Part shown: one piece after another, positions 48,168 through 59,537 of the stretch
Position numbering within the stretch: position 1 is the first letter of the stretch
How the letters are laid out: the number at the start of each line of letters is the position of its first letter
Assembly (NCBI GenBank): GCA_963668695.2
Contig: CAXXLQ010000004.1
Location: 1,600,001 to 1,664,000, forward strand
Reading direction: 5' to 3'
DNA: 64,000 bases
Origin: Vicinamibacteria bacterium
GTDB lineage: Bacteria > Acidobacteriota > Vicinamibacteria > Marinacidobacterales > Marinacidobacteraceae
The notes under the pieces: model-generated
The model's database searches: none
What the model saw: only the letters and a program-made list of their open reading frames with translations
What the model was told of the DNA's origin: nothing
Made by a program: the position numbers and the translations under genes

Positions 48168-48440
48168 ATGGAGCGCGAAAGAAAAGCACTCGTGGCGGCG
48201 GGTCCCGCAGCTGCGACGGTGCTCACCGTCCTAGGGGCGGTAGCCGAGGCCAAGCAGCTCCCCGATGATCTGGAGCGAGCGGTTCAAGTCCCATGCCAAT
48301 ACAACCTGACGGACGGCTCGCAGGAGCCGCCAGACGAGGATAGTGCGCCGCCGCGAGACCACCGGGTGAATGCTGGCCCCGCTCGCTGGTCGTTCACGAC
48401 TTCGCAGCCGTCCGTAACACTGACACCGGCTCGCGCCTAA
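48168..48440 (+). CDS. Small hypothetical protein
   Basis: ATG-initiated 90-aa ORF with a hydrophobic N-terminus inside the island; no recognised motif. Confidence 0.3.
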   Translation: MERERKALVAAGPAAATVLTVLGAVAEAKQLPDDLERAVQVPCQYNLTDGSQEPPDEDSAPPRDHRVNAGPARWSFTTSQPSVTLTPARA

Positions 48441-48656
48441 CGAGAGGCGTGGGGAAGGATGTGGGGTAACATCCGGTTTCCGATCCCGGTCAGTTCCTAA
48501 AACCAAGGAGTTAGGGGGTCCGTTCTACTCCCCCTCCCTCCGCGTTCCAGGGGTGGCGGTAATGTTCCTTCCTATTCGCTAGGAACCGTTGTAAAACGTT
48601 GTATGACAACGTCTTGCAGTCTTGACACGTTCCAATCCATTGCCCTGGGATGCCGT

Positions 48657-48952
48657 GAGCCTGTCAGATATTCCGTGCGTAGGACGTGCGTAAGGCGGCG
48701 CACTTTGTGATCGGGGTGATCCCTCTTGGTCGGAAGGAGATCTTGGGGATGTGGACGGCGTCGCAGTAGGGGGCGAAAGCTCTGGCTTGGGGTGATGAAC
48801 GAGTTGAAGGCGCGGGGGGTAGGGGACGTTCTGATCGTGGTCGTGGACGGGCTGAAGGGGCTTCCCGAAGCCATCACGACGGTGTTTCCCGGCTGTGTGG
48901 TGTAAAACCTGCCTCGTTTATCTCATGCGCTACTCGCTGCAGTTCGCCTCAA
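48657..48952 (+). pseudogene. IS256-family transposase relic
   Basis: Translates with stops and frameshifts as KAAHFVIGVIPLGRKEILGMW..*GAK/LWLGVMNELKARGVGDVLIVVVDGLKGLPEAITTVFP../TCLVYLMRYSL. Preceded by an IR-like gagcctgtcagatattccgtg. Confidence 0.85.
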
Positions 48953-49007
48953 GAACGGCTCAGCACGCGAAATTGCTTGAGGCCCCGAGACGGGGCCCGT
49001 GCCTTGG

Positions 49008-50390
49008 CTACCTTCTTACGAGGGCCAAGTTGTACGGATCGTTTCCTACGCCGGTCACCGTGCCCACGACGCTGCGCGATCGAAGATCGATCACATATAC
49101 GTGACCGGGCTCCTCGGAGAACGGCTCCGCCGCTGCGCCCCCGCTGATCACCGCGTAGCGGCCATCGGAAGTGACCGCCGAGCCCTTCGGGCGGGCGGGC
49201 CGTCCATCCGCCCTAGCCAGCGGAATGCGCGCGACTTCGGCGTCGGGATCGCCGGCCAGCGCCAGATCGAGGTTCACGATCGACACGTTGTCGGCACGAT
49301 AATTCGGGACGATCACCTCCCTCCCATCCGGGGTGACGGACGGTATGAACGGATGTGTCTGCTCCTGGGGATCATTTGTCCCTACCAGGACGCGCGCGAC
49401 TTCGGCGTCTCCGACGCCAGCGCTCGCCCGGTCGACATCGATAATTGAAATCACGTTACCCGTCAGGTTCTCCCGTTGACTTCTTCCGTTGGCTACGATG
49501 ATGTGGCGCCCGTCGCGGGTGGCCGTGATGCCCCAAGGGCCGACCTGCGTCGGGACCCGGCCGATCTCCGCAAGCCGATCCCCTTCGAGAGCACGGGTGA
49601 GGGAAATCACCGACACATCGTTCGTGCCGCCATTGGCGGAAAACACGTACGCGCTTCCATCGCTGGAACGACCCAGCGCCAACCCGTTCGGGTCGGGGAA
49701 ACATCCCCAGCCGGGATCCGGGGAGAGTACGGCCAGATGCCTGGGCGGCCCATAGGGGGAGACGTGGGGTACCGGGTACTCCGCGCAGGCGAACCCGGGC
49801 GAGCCGAGCGCCAACTCCACCGTACCGCGCAGACTTCCAGTCCGTCGATCAATGAACGTGATGCGATTGCCGCCGTCTTCGGTCAGATGGTTCTCGGCGT
49901 TGGCAACGATGAGTATGTCCGGCAGCAGTAGTACGCCGAGCGCCCCGAAGGCGCCGGAGTCCAAGTGCCGCCGGAGTGCGTTGGCCGTTGTGTCGTTCCC
50001 TGGATCGAGGACATCGTCCACGTCCAGGACCGCGATCTGTCCGCGGCCACCGTGTTGTCTGAACTCCGCGTTATCGATGGCGCCGTGGTGATTGACCACA
50101 TAGACAGTGCCACCATCCTCACTCACGATCAGATTGGCAGGATCACCGAGTAGCTGACCGTCCAGTCGGTCCAACGCCACTTTGGCGCGACTGACGATCG
50201 CATTCGGTGTGTTGTTGTTCGCCGGAGCGACGGCGCCATCAAGAGAAATGGCGTACAAGTACGGCAGTCGCCGCCCCGTCACGAGGATGTACGTGCTCTG
50301 ACTGACGGCTTCGTGGGTACCGCACACTGTCGCCAAGAGGACGGCAATCACGAGCGTCATACGGGGGAGCAACGATGTTGAGGCAGCCAC
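49008..50390 (-). CDS. Secreted YncE/YVTN-type beta-propeller protein
   Basis: Repeats such as P.GLAL...YVFSANGGTNDVSVI, GPWGITATRDGRHIIVAN, VGNDPYNLAL; SD aaggag. Confidence 0.85.
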   Translation of the reverse strand: MAASTSLLPRMTLVIAVLLATVCGTHEAVSQSTYILVTGRRLPYLYAISLDGAVAPANNNTPNAIVSRAKVALDRLDGQLLGDPANLIVSEDGGTVYVVNHHGAIDNAEFRQHGGRGQIAVLDVDDVLDPGNDTTANALRRHLDSGAFGALGVLLLPDILIVANAENHLTEDGGNRITFIDRRTGSLRGTVELALGSPGFACAEYPVPHVSPYGPPRHLAVLSPDPGWGCFPDPNGLALGRSSDGSAYVFSANGGTNDVSVISLTRALEGDRLAEIGRVPTQVGPWGITATRDGRHIIVANGRSQRENLTGNVISIIDVDRASAGVGDAEVARVLVGTNDPQEQTHPFIPSVTPDGREVIVPNYRADNVSIVNLDLALAGDPDAEVARIPLARADGRPARPKGSAVTSDGRYAVISGGAAAEPFSEEPGHVYVIDLRSRSVVGTVTGVGNDPYNLALVRR

Positions 50391-50728
50391 GCCACTAGCT
50401 CCTTATGGGGTAATGGGTATGCGGAGGTCGAATCACCGGCGCTTAGCGTACCCAGGCGTCGATCGAGCCGGCAAAGAGGTGAGCGGCGCGTACTGCCCAG
50501 GTTCAAGTGGTCGTCGCAACACTACTCTCGGGGCTGACGCGATGCGATGGCTGCCTCTAGGGCCACCACCGCGAGCCGCGTATCGATCGAGCGACTGATG
50601 GCCCCACCCACGATACGCCGCGACCGGGCGTCTCACATCCCTTGGCGACGGACATGCCGAGGGGCCGCCGCTGGCCGATCAGATCAATCCGCCCGCGGGG
50701 GACAGCAGTCGGGCAATGAGAAACACGG

Positions 50729-51850
50729 TCATTCGCAGGCGTGGCCGTCCCCGTCGCCGTCCCGGGCCGTGTTCAGCGCGTACGTCTGTCGCTCCGCTTC
50801 GTCCCACGCATCCGGGTAGGTGCCACCATCGCGGTTCACGCCGCGGATCCAGCCTGCTTCGCGCATGGCGTTGCAGTTGGGAAATGTCCGGACCGGTGGA
50901 GGCTCTGTCGCTGGGGGAGGCCTTGTGAGGTCGCAGGAGATCGCCGTTGACTGGCAGCTGGCGAGGATCCGGTCGAGCGAATCGGCCTCGGCTTGATCAA
51001 TGGTCAAGCCATATCGCAGACGAACGCCCACGATGGTTTGGGCGAACCAGCACCGGTTCTGGTCCGGTAGCCATTCCGTCGCGTCACGGTCACTCTTTTG
51101 CGAGCGGTTCAGGGCAGGTGACGCCAACGTCAGATTGAGCAGGTCCCGCGCGAATCGGGTTCGGGTGTCGGCGTCGGCCGCGCACAGACCCGAATCGTGC
51201 GCCTCGGATCGCGCCACGATGTGTTCGATGTCGGTTTCCCGGATCGAGTCGAAGCTCTCGCAGGTGTACGGGCTGTAGACACCCCCCAACTCGCGCACGA
51301 TGTCGTTCTCGACGGACTGCGGGTAGCGGTAGTCGTCAGCGTCGTACCGCGAACAACGTTCCTCTGGTGCGACCGTCAGCCCTCGCCAAGTCTCTGTGGG
51401 CGCCGGAGGCGTTGGCTCGGGGGCAGGCGTCATCCCGTTCACGGGCGTGGACCACGCGCTATGGATCAAGTCTTCGCCCATCCCGCTGGAGGATCGGACG
51501 CGCAGGTAGGCGGTCGTCTCGGCAGGAATGTCCTCCCGGCGATATGAGGTCTCGTCCGCGGTTCGGCCAATCAGCTCATCGCCTTCAGTGAACGCGTCGT
51601 CCAGGCGGTACTGGACTTGGTAACCGCTCACCTCCGATAGGAGGTTCCAACTCCATTCAATGAAATCAGCGCCTGTTGCCGAGACGCGAAGTCCGGCGGG
51701 TGTCTCGGGAGGTTCCGGAGCAGGTGGCGGTGTTGGTGGAGGCGGCGTCGTCGGCGTTGGTGTCGGAGGTGGCGGAGCGGCGGGTGCACCATCGCCGCCA
51801 CAGCCAGCGAGAGCGCAAAGGCAGATCAATACGACCGCAATTCGGCTCAT
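50729..51850 (-). CDS. Lipoprotein: fibronectin type III + DUF1524-like HNH nuclease + excalibur Ca-binding domain
   Basis: Lipobox LAGC, Pro-rich linker, FN3-like segment (IEWSW..GYQVQY..YLRVRS), DIEHIVARSEAHDSG...NL......N...K, FPNCNAMR...RDGDGDGHACE. Confidence 0.85.
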   Translation of the reverse strand: MSRIAVVLICLCALAGCGGDGAPAAPPPPTPTPTTPPPPTPPPAPEPPETPAGLRVSATGADFIEWSWNLLSEVSGYQVQYRLDDAFTEGDELIGRTADETSYRREDIPAETTAYLRVRSSSGMGEDLIHSAWSTPVNGMTPAPEPTPPAPTETWRGLTVAPEERCSRYDADDYRYPQSVENDIVRELGGVYSPYTCESFDSIRETDIEHIVARSEAHDSGLCAADADTRTRFARDLLNLTLASPALNRSQKSDRDATEWLPDQNRCWFAQTIVGVRLRYGLTIDQAEADSLDRILASCQSTAISCDLTRPPPATEPPPVRTFPNCNAMREAGWIRGVNRDGGTYPDAWDEAERQTYALNTARDGDGDGHACE

Positions 51851-52220
51851 TGTCGAAGCTCTCCCTCCTGAGTGCGGCCAGTTCCGGGAGGAAGCGCCAG
51901 TCGCGAAGATCCTGTTTCTCAGGTGTCAATTACACGAGATTACACCCCGAAAGGGCGAATTTGGCCCGAGTCGCCGGGATCCCGGTCGCTGCGGAAATCG
52001 GGATCGCTGAGGAGCGCGCGGAAGGGAGAGGGCCGACCTGTCTGGCGCCCTCTGGAATCGCGACGCGTTAGTGGGGCCGTGCAGCGGCGCTCACGAGGGT
52101 GGCCGCGAGCCTCTCCCCCATCCGGCTCGGGAGGTCGCTCACCGGGTCGGCTGATACCGTCCCGCGCATCTCACTCTTGTCTGCCCGGCATGGCGCGGCG
52201 CTTCCTGCGGAGGGAGTGGG

Positions 52221-53753
52221 ATGAGTCGATCGCGGCACACCGCCGGGCGAGGAAACATCCGGCGGTTCGGACTCGACATCAACGGGCCGGTCTTCCTGAG
52301 TTCGGCCGCGGTGATCGTCCTGTTTGTCGCCGGCGCGCTGGCGTTTAGGGAACAGGCGGGGGCTGCGTTCGGGGATCTTCACGCCTATGTCACCGCCAGT
52401 TTCGACTGGCTTTTCTTCGGGAGCGCCAACTTCGCGCTTCTGATCTGCCTGTTCCTCATCGTCTCGCCGCTCGGGCGGGTGCGGATCGGTGGACCAGACG
52501 CCCGGCCCTCGTACTCGCGGCTCACCTGGGGCGCGATGCTCTTCTCGGCCGGCATCGGGATCGGCCTCCTCTTCTTCGGGGTGGCCGAACCGGTGCAGCA
52601 CTTCCTCCATCCTCCGCTCGGCATCGAGCCCCCGAGCGCCGCGGTCGCCATTGCGGCCACCACCTTCCACTGGGGGCTACACGGCTGGGCGACCTACGGG
52701 ATCGCGGCGGTCGCCCTCGCGTTCTTCACCTACAACCGAGGCTTCCCCCTGGCGCTCCGTTCCGCGTTCCACCCGCTGCTGGGAGACCGGGTGTGGGGCT
52801 TCCCCGGCCACGTCATCGACTTCCTGACGGTCTTCGCCACCATTTTCGGACTGGCTACGTCCCTCGGGCTCGGCGCCCGGCAGATCTCCGCCGGCCTGGA
52901 ATACCTGTTCGGAATCCCCGCCACCGACCTCACCGGCACCCTCATCGTCTCGGTGATCACGCTCATCGCGCTGGCGTCGGTGGTGTCCGGACTCGATGTC
53001 GGGGTGCGCCGCCTGAGTGAACTGAACATCCTGCTGGCCCTGGCTCTGATGCTTGCGGTGGTAATCGTGGGTCCGGCCGGCGCGGTAGCCGGAGCCTTCC
53101 TCCGCGGCCTCGGCGCCTACGCTGTGCACATTGCGCCGCTGAGCAACTGGGTGGGCCGGAGCGACACTGCCTTCCTTCAGGACTGGAGCACCTTCTATTT
53201 CGCTTGGTGGTTTGCGTGGACCCCGGTGATCGGGATCTTCATCGCCCGCATCTCGCGCGGGCGCACCGTCCGGGAGATGCTCAGCTTCCTCCTCGTCGTG
53301 CCAACCCTGTTCACCCTCGTCTGGATGAGCGTCTTCGGCGGCGTTGCGCTCCATCAGCTCGCGGTCGACGGCTATACCGGGGCGGCGGATGCGGTGCGGG
53401 CGCTCCAGCCGGAACTGGCCCTCTTCCGCATGTTCGAAGCGCTCCCGCTCGCCGTCCCGCTGGCGAGCGTCGCCATCGTTCTCACCGTCATTTTCTTCGT
53501 CACCTCGTCCGACTCCGGATCGCTGGTCGTGGACTCCATCACCGCCGGCGGCAAGCTGGACGCACCGGTGGTCCAACGCGTCTTCTGGTGCCTGGTCGAG
53601 GGGTTGATCGCGGTAGTTCTCCTCCTCGGCGGCAGCCTCGAATCCCTGCAGGCGGCGGCGGTGACGACCGGCCTCCCGATCGCTGTCGCGGTAGCCGTGA
53701 TCGGTATCGGCCTGTGCTTCGAACTCCGCCGCGAGTCCCGGCGATCGCCGTAA
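52221..53753 (+). CDS. BCCT family transporter
   Basis: Motifs MLFSAGIGIGL, FHWGLHGW, ATSLGLG, AWWFAWTP...FIARISRGRTVRE, FFVTSSDSG. Confidence 0.95.
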   Translation: MSRSRHTAGRGNIRRFGLDINGPVFLSSAAVIVLFVAGALAFREQAGAAFGDLHAYVTASFDWLFFGSANFALLICLFLIVSPLGRVRIGGPDARPSYSRLTWGAMLFSAGIGIGLLFFGVAEPVQHFLHPPLGIEPPSAAVAIAATTFHWGLHGWATYGIAAVALAFFTYNRGFPLALRSAFHPLLGDRVWGFPGHVIDFLTVFATIFGLATSLGLGARQISAGLEYLFGIPATDLTGTLIVSVITLIALASVVSGLDVGVRRLSELNILLALALMLAVVIVGPAGAVAGAFLRGLGAYAVHIAPLSNWVGRSDTAFLQDWSTFYFAWWFAWTPVIGIFIARISRGRTVREMLSFLLVVPTLFTLVWMSVFGGVALHQLAVDGYTGAADAVRALQPELALFRMFEALPLAVPLASVAIVLTVIFFVTSSDSGSLVVDSITAGGKLDAPVVQRVFWCLVEGLIAVVLLLGGSLESLQAAAVTTGLPIAVAVAVIGIGLCFELRRESRRSP

Positions 53754-53794
53754 TCGAGCGCGACCCTGGCCGCAAACGGTCAGGGAAACCCTGT

Positions 53795-53998
53795 TGGCAG
53801 CCGGTGGTGGAACCCGGGTGAGCGCCGAGGCCGGCGAGGCGCCCGGCTGACAAGGCGCGTGAGGGAGGAGCCCCCACCGGGAGGACTGGCCCGGGTGTAT
53901 TTCGACCGAAACGCAACGAAGAGCGGAGCGAAGCGGAGTGGTTCAGCCGGGATGGATCGCCGGTCGAACGCCGCCTGGGTTTCACCACCGGCTGCTAA
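53795..53998. mobile_element. MITE-like repeat element
   Basis: ggcagccggtggtggaacc...ggtttcaccaccggctgcta. Confidence 0.8.
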
Positions 53999-54025
53999 GG
54001 TTGGCCGGTTGCTCGGACGGAGGCG

Positions 54026-55189
54026 ATGATGGACAGACGGACGCTGCTGAGAGTGGGCGGAGGGGGTCTGCTCGGGATGGGCCTCGGGGGCTGTTCGGCC
54101 CGATCCGACATCCTGCCGCAGCCACCGTTTCGCTTGCCCATCGTGAACGTGGCGTGGAACCGGATCATCCGGACCACCGTGGGGCTCCGGCCGCATCGCC
54201 CGTCGGGGTTCGTCCTGCGTGCCGATCGGCTCGACCGCACCACGGTGCTTCACAACTACGGCCACGGGGGCTCGGGTATCTCCCTTTCCTGGGGTACGGG
54301 GCGCAAGGTGGCCGAGATGGCGCTCGAGCACCAGAGTCGGCAAGTCGCCGTGCTTGGCTGTGGAGCGGTCGGACTCGCCACCGCGCGCCAGCTCCAGCGC
54401 CGTGGATTCGAGGTCACCATCTACGCCATGTCGGTGCCCCCGAACACGACTTCGAACATGGCTTGGGCCGGGTTCACCCCGGCCTCCTGGCTGGTGGACG
54501 ACAACCTCCGGACCCCCGAGTTTGACGCGCAGTTCCGGGACGCCGTCGAAACCTCCTTTCGTGAGTTCCAGTGGCTGGTTGGCAGGGGGTACGGGGTGGA
54601 CTGGCTCGACCGCTACACGGCCACCGACATCGAACCGCGTGATCCCGCGGCCAGCCGGAGACCCGGGCGGCGCGAGCCGCTACTCCCTGACCATCTGATT
54701 AGCGGCCGGTTCCGCCTGGGCCCCGGGGAGCACCCCTTCCCCACCCGATACGCAACCCGGCGCAGCTACATGCGCATTGAGCCGGCCACCTACCTGGACG
54801 CGCTGGTGCGGGACTTTCGGGACTTCGGTGGGCAGATCGTGATCCGCAAGTTCGCGGATGCCCAGGAACTTGTCGCACTCGATGAGTCGCTCGTGGTCAA
54901 CTGCACCGGACTCGGATCTGGCGAGCTGTTTCCCGATCCGGAACTGATGCCGCTCAAGGGACAGCTCACGGTGCTCATTCCGCAGCGCGAAGTGAACTAT
55001 GCGGTGTCCGGGAATGCTCCCGGAGCACCCCCCGGAGTGGGCGGCTTCAGCATGCAGCCGCGGAGCTCAGGCATCATCCTCGGGGGCACCGCGGAAAAGG
55101 GCGAATCGTCGCTCGAGCCGAATGCCGCGGCCCGGGAGTACCTCGTGAACTCGAACATGAAGTTCTTTGCGGCGATGCGCCGCGTCTGA
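54026..55189 (+). CDS. Tat-exported D-amino-acid-oxidase-like FAD oxidoreductase (permuted motif order)
   Basis: DRRTLL Tat-like signal; motifs VGLRP.R, HNYGHGGSG, VLGCGAVG, TSNMA, VNCTGLG, KGQ. Confidence 0.85.
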   Translation: MMDRRTLLRVGGGGLLGMGLGGCSARSDILPQPPFRLPIVNVAWNRIIRTTVGLRPHRPSGFVLRADRLDRTTVLHNYGHGGSGISLSWGTGRKVAEMALEHQSRQVAVLGCGAVGLATARQLQRRGFEVTIYAMSVPPNTTSNMAWAGFTPASWLVDDNLRTPEFDAQFRDAVETSFREFQWLVGRGYGVDWLDRYTATDIEPRDPAASRRPGRREPLLPDHLISGRFRLGPGEHPFPTRYATRRSYMRIEPATYLDALVRDFRDFGGQIVIRKFADAQELVALDESLVVNCTGLGSGELFPDPELMPLKGQLTVLIPQREVNYAVSGNAPGAPPGVGGFSMQPRSSGIILGGTAEKGESSLEPNAAAREYLVNSNMKFFAAMRRV

Positions 55190-55481
55190 GGCATTCTCCA
55201 CCCGCTCGCGGTGGCGGCGCACTCGCCTGGCGCGGGCTAGACGCGCAAATTGTCGTCGCGGACACCAATTCTCCCGTCAAATCGACGGGAGCACCATAAA
55301 TTCTCCTCTGGCCGAGGAATCACCCCTCGGGGTTGGAAGGGCGCGCGGCCCTCACGTCGGCAGATCGCAGCGTCGTCGACGCTGGTTTCGCGCTCCCGCG
55401 CGTGCCGGCCCCCACCGGGAGAACTGGCCAGAGGTCTGGCGTTCCCTTGCCTGCGCGCCATTCCGGCGGCGCGCGCCCGGC

Positions 55482-57065
<1,584 letters not shown>

Positions 57066-57133
57066 GGTAATCCGATCCCCACCCCGACCGGGAGAATGAG
57101 GGCTCGCCGGGGGCGGGGTTCCGGTTCCGATCC

Positions 57134-58174
57134 ATGCCAGAAACCCTTCCGATTCCTGATTTCTTCGACTCCGAGCGCGTGAGCCAGCTCTATCGGGTTC
57201 CTTACGAGACCCGCGCCACCGAGGCTCGGGAATGGGCCCGGCGTCACGACCTGAGCCCGGCGGCCGGCGATGCGCCACGCGTCGGTCTGCTGCTCGTGGA
57301 CTGCCAGAACACCTTCTGTCTGCCGGGGGGCGAACTCTTCGTCGCGGGCCGCTCAGGACTCGGCGCGGTGAAGGACTCCTGGCGGGTCTGTCAGTTTCTG
57401 TACAAACATCTGGACCGGATCAGCGAAGTCGTCCTGACTCTCGATACCCACACCGCCATCCAGGTGTTCCACGCGCATTTCTTCCTGGACGAAAACGGGA
57501 GTCCTCCCGCCGCGTACACCCAGATCACCTCCGAGGATCTTGAAACGGGCCGTTACCGCGTGAATCCGGACGCGGCCGCGGGGGCCGGTCTCGACCAGGA
57601 GGAACTCTCCCGCCACGCGCTCCATTACTGCCGCCGGCTCGAAGCGCAGGGAAAGTACGTGCTCGTCATCTGGCCCTACCACGCCATGCTCGGAGGGGCC
57701 GGGCACGCGCTGGTTCCGGCGATCGAAGAAGCCGTGTTCTTTCATTCGATCGCGCGTTCCGCGCAGCCGGTATTCGAGTCCAAGGGCCGGAATCCGCTCA
57801 CCGAGAACTACTCGGTCCTGCGCCCCGAGGTGCTCGAAGACGCCGATGGAAACCCGATCGCGGAACCGAACCGGCAGTTGCTCGACCGCTTGCTCGAATA
57901 TGACGCCCTGATAGTCGCCGGGCAGGCCAAGAGCCACTGTGTGGCCTGGACGGTCTCCGACCTGCGGGACGAAATCAAACGGCGCGATCCGGATGGATCG
58001 CAAGGCCTCGCGCGCCGGGTTTTCCTGTTGGAAGACGCCACCTCGCCGGTAGTGGTCCCGGGCGCCGATTTCACCGACGCCGCCGCCGCGGCCTATGCCG
58101 ATTTCGAGCGCGCGGGAATGGTCCGGGTGCAGAGCACCGACCCGCTTGAGGAGTGGCCCGGCTTTCCGACCTGA
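57134..58174 (+). CDS. pncA: Nicotinamidase (isochorismatase family, long type)
   Basis: LLVDCQNTFC, TLDTH, IWPYH, SKG, GQAKSHCV catalytic motifs; coupled to pncB. Confidence 0.8.
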   Translation: MPETLPIPDFFDSERVSQLYRVPYETRATEAREWARRHDLSPAAGDAPRVGLLLVDCQNTFCLPGGELFVAGRSGLGAVKDSWRVCQFLYKHLDRISEVVLTLDTHTAIQVFHAHFFLDENGSPPAAYTQITSEDLETGRYRVNPDAAAGAGLDQEELSRHALHYCRRLEAQGKYVLVIWPYHAMLGGAGHALVPAIEEAVFFHSIARSAQPVFESKGRNPLTENYSVLRPEVLEDADGNPIAEPNRQLLDRLLEYDALIVAGQAKSHCVAWTVSDLRDEIKRRDPDGSQGLARRVFLLEDATSPVVVPGADFTDAAAAAYADFERAGMVRVQSTDPLEEWPGFPT

Positions 58175-59403
58175 CGGCCGCTCCTCCGGTCGCCTCGCTC
58201 CTCGACGTGGACTTCTACAAGTTCACGATGGGTCAGTTTGTCTTCCGGCTGCACCGTGAGGTTCGCGTCCGCTACCGGCTTCTCTGCCGGACGCCGAATG
58301 TCCGTCTCGCGGATCTGGTTCCGGAGGACGTTCTGCGGGATGTCCTCGATTCCATTCGCGAGCTGTCGTTTACTCCCGCCGAGATTGCCTACCTCCGGGG
58401 TCTCGAGCCGCGGGGGCTCTTCGGCGACGACTACCTGGACTTCCTCGGACAACTCCGCCTGCCGCCGGTCGAACTCGAAGTCAGGGGCGGTGATTTCCGG
58501 ATAGAGGTTGAATCCTCCTGGTCCGGGATGATCCTGTGGGAAACGCTCATCCTGTCCGCGTTAAGCGAACTCCTCTCGCGGGCTGCGATTGCCGCGGGAG
58601 GTGCGGGGGCCGGGAAAGCAGCCGCAGAAGCCGGCCGGGAGCGGCTCGAGGAGAAGATCGCCAGGCTTCGGGAACACCCCGGACTCCGCTTCGCTTCATT
58701 CGGGACCCGTCGCCGGTTTTCACGCGTCTGGCAGTTCGAGTTGGAAGAACGCCTCGCCCGGGCACTGCCGGACCAGTTCGTCGGCACCTCGTGCGTCGCA
58801 TCGGCCTACCAGCACGGGTTGGTTCCCGTGGGGACGATCGCCCACGAGATCTTCATGGTCGGCGCCGCGTTGGGGAACGGGTCCGACGGGTCAATCCGTG
58901 GGTCTCAGTGCCGGATGCTGGACTCATGGTGGGCCATGTACGACGAGCCTCTCTCGCTTTTTCTCACGGATACCTGGGGTTCCGAGTTCTACTTCGGCGA
59001 TGTCGACGAAGCGCGGGCCCGGGAGTACCGAGGAGTCCGGCAGGACTCCGGCGATCCGGCCGCGTTCGGGGAGCGGTTGGTCCGTTGGTACGAGGATTTC
59101 GGTGTGGATCCCCGGCAAAAGTCACTCGTGTTCAGCGACGGGCTGGAACTCCCCGAGATCCTCGATCTCGAATCGCGTTTCGCCGGAAGGATCGCGGTGT
59201 CCTACGGCTGGGGCACGAACCTGACGAACGACTGCGGATTTCCCAACTATTCGCTCGTGGTGAAGCCGGTCGCCGCAAATGGCCGGCCGCTCGTCAAGCT
59301 CAGTGACAATCCGGCAAAGAGCACGGGAATTCCGTCGGAGATTTCCCGGTACCGGCGGATATTCGACGCCCCGGCGGGGCCCTTGCGGATACCGCGCTAC
59401 TGA
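58153..59403 (+). CDS. pncB: Nicotinate phosphoribosyltransferase
   Basis: Motifs SLLDVDFYKFTM, FGTRRRFS, GTIAHE, GVRQDSGDP, VFSDGL, GWGTNLTND, VKLSDNPAK. Confidence 0.95.
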   Translation: MARLSDLTAAPPVASLLDVDFYKFTMGQFVFRLHREVRVRYRLLCRTPNVRLADLVPEDVLRDVLDSIRELSFTPAEIAYLRGLEPRGLFGDDYLDFLGQLRLPPVELEVRGGDFRIEVESSWSGMILWETLILSALSELLSRAAIAAGGAGAGKAAAEAGRERLEEKIARLREHPGLRFASFGTRRRFSRVWQFELEERLARALPDQFVGTSCVASAYQHGLVPVGTIAHEIFMVGAALGNGSDGSIRGSQCRMLDSWWAMYDEPLSLFLTDTWGSEFYFGDVDEARAREYRGVRQDSGDPAAFGERLVRWYEDFGVDPRQKSLVFSDGLELPEILDLESRFAGRIAVSYGWGTNLTNDCGFPNYSLVVKPVAANGRPLVKLSDNPAKSTGIPSEISRYRRIFDAPAGPLRIPRY

Positions 59404-59431
59404 TCGGTAGCCGCCGACTCTTCGGCGGACC

Positions 59432-59510
59432 GGGGAATTTCTGGCGGGGGAATCTGGCGGGGGAGTTTCTGACGGGGGCGGCTGACGGGGGGGGTGACGG
59501 GGGGTGACGC
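59432..59510 (+). repeat. Degenerate G-run short tandem repeat
   Basis: ggggaatttctggc-gggggaatctggc-gggggagtttctgac-gggggcggctgac-gggggggtgac-ggggggtgac. Confidence 0.8.
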
Positions 59511-59537
59511 GTAACCGCTCGCGCACTGAGCCGCGCT

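Larger units (their letters stand above)
45882..48543. mobile_element. Decayed integrative element (phage-satellite/prophage remnant) at tRNA-Ser(TGA)
   Basis: The tRNA 3' end gttcgaatccctctccctccgc (45882-45903) recurs as gttctactccccctccctccgc (48522-48543; 19/22 identical). Integrase and portal fragments lie between. Confidence 0.8.
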
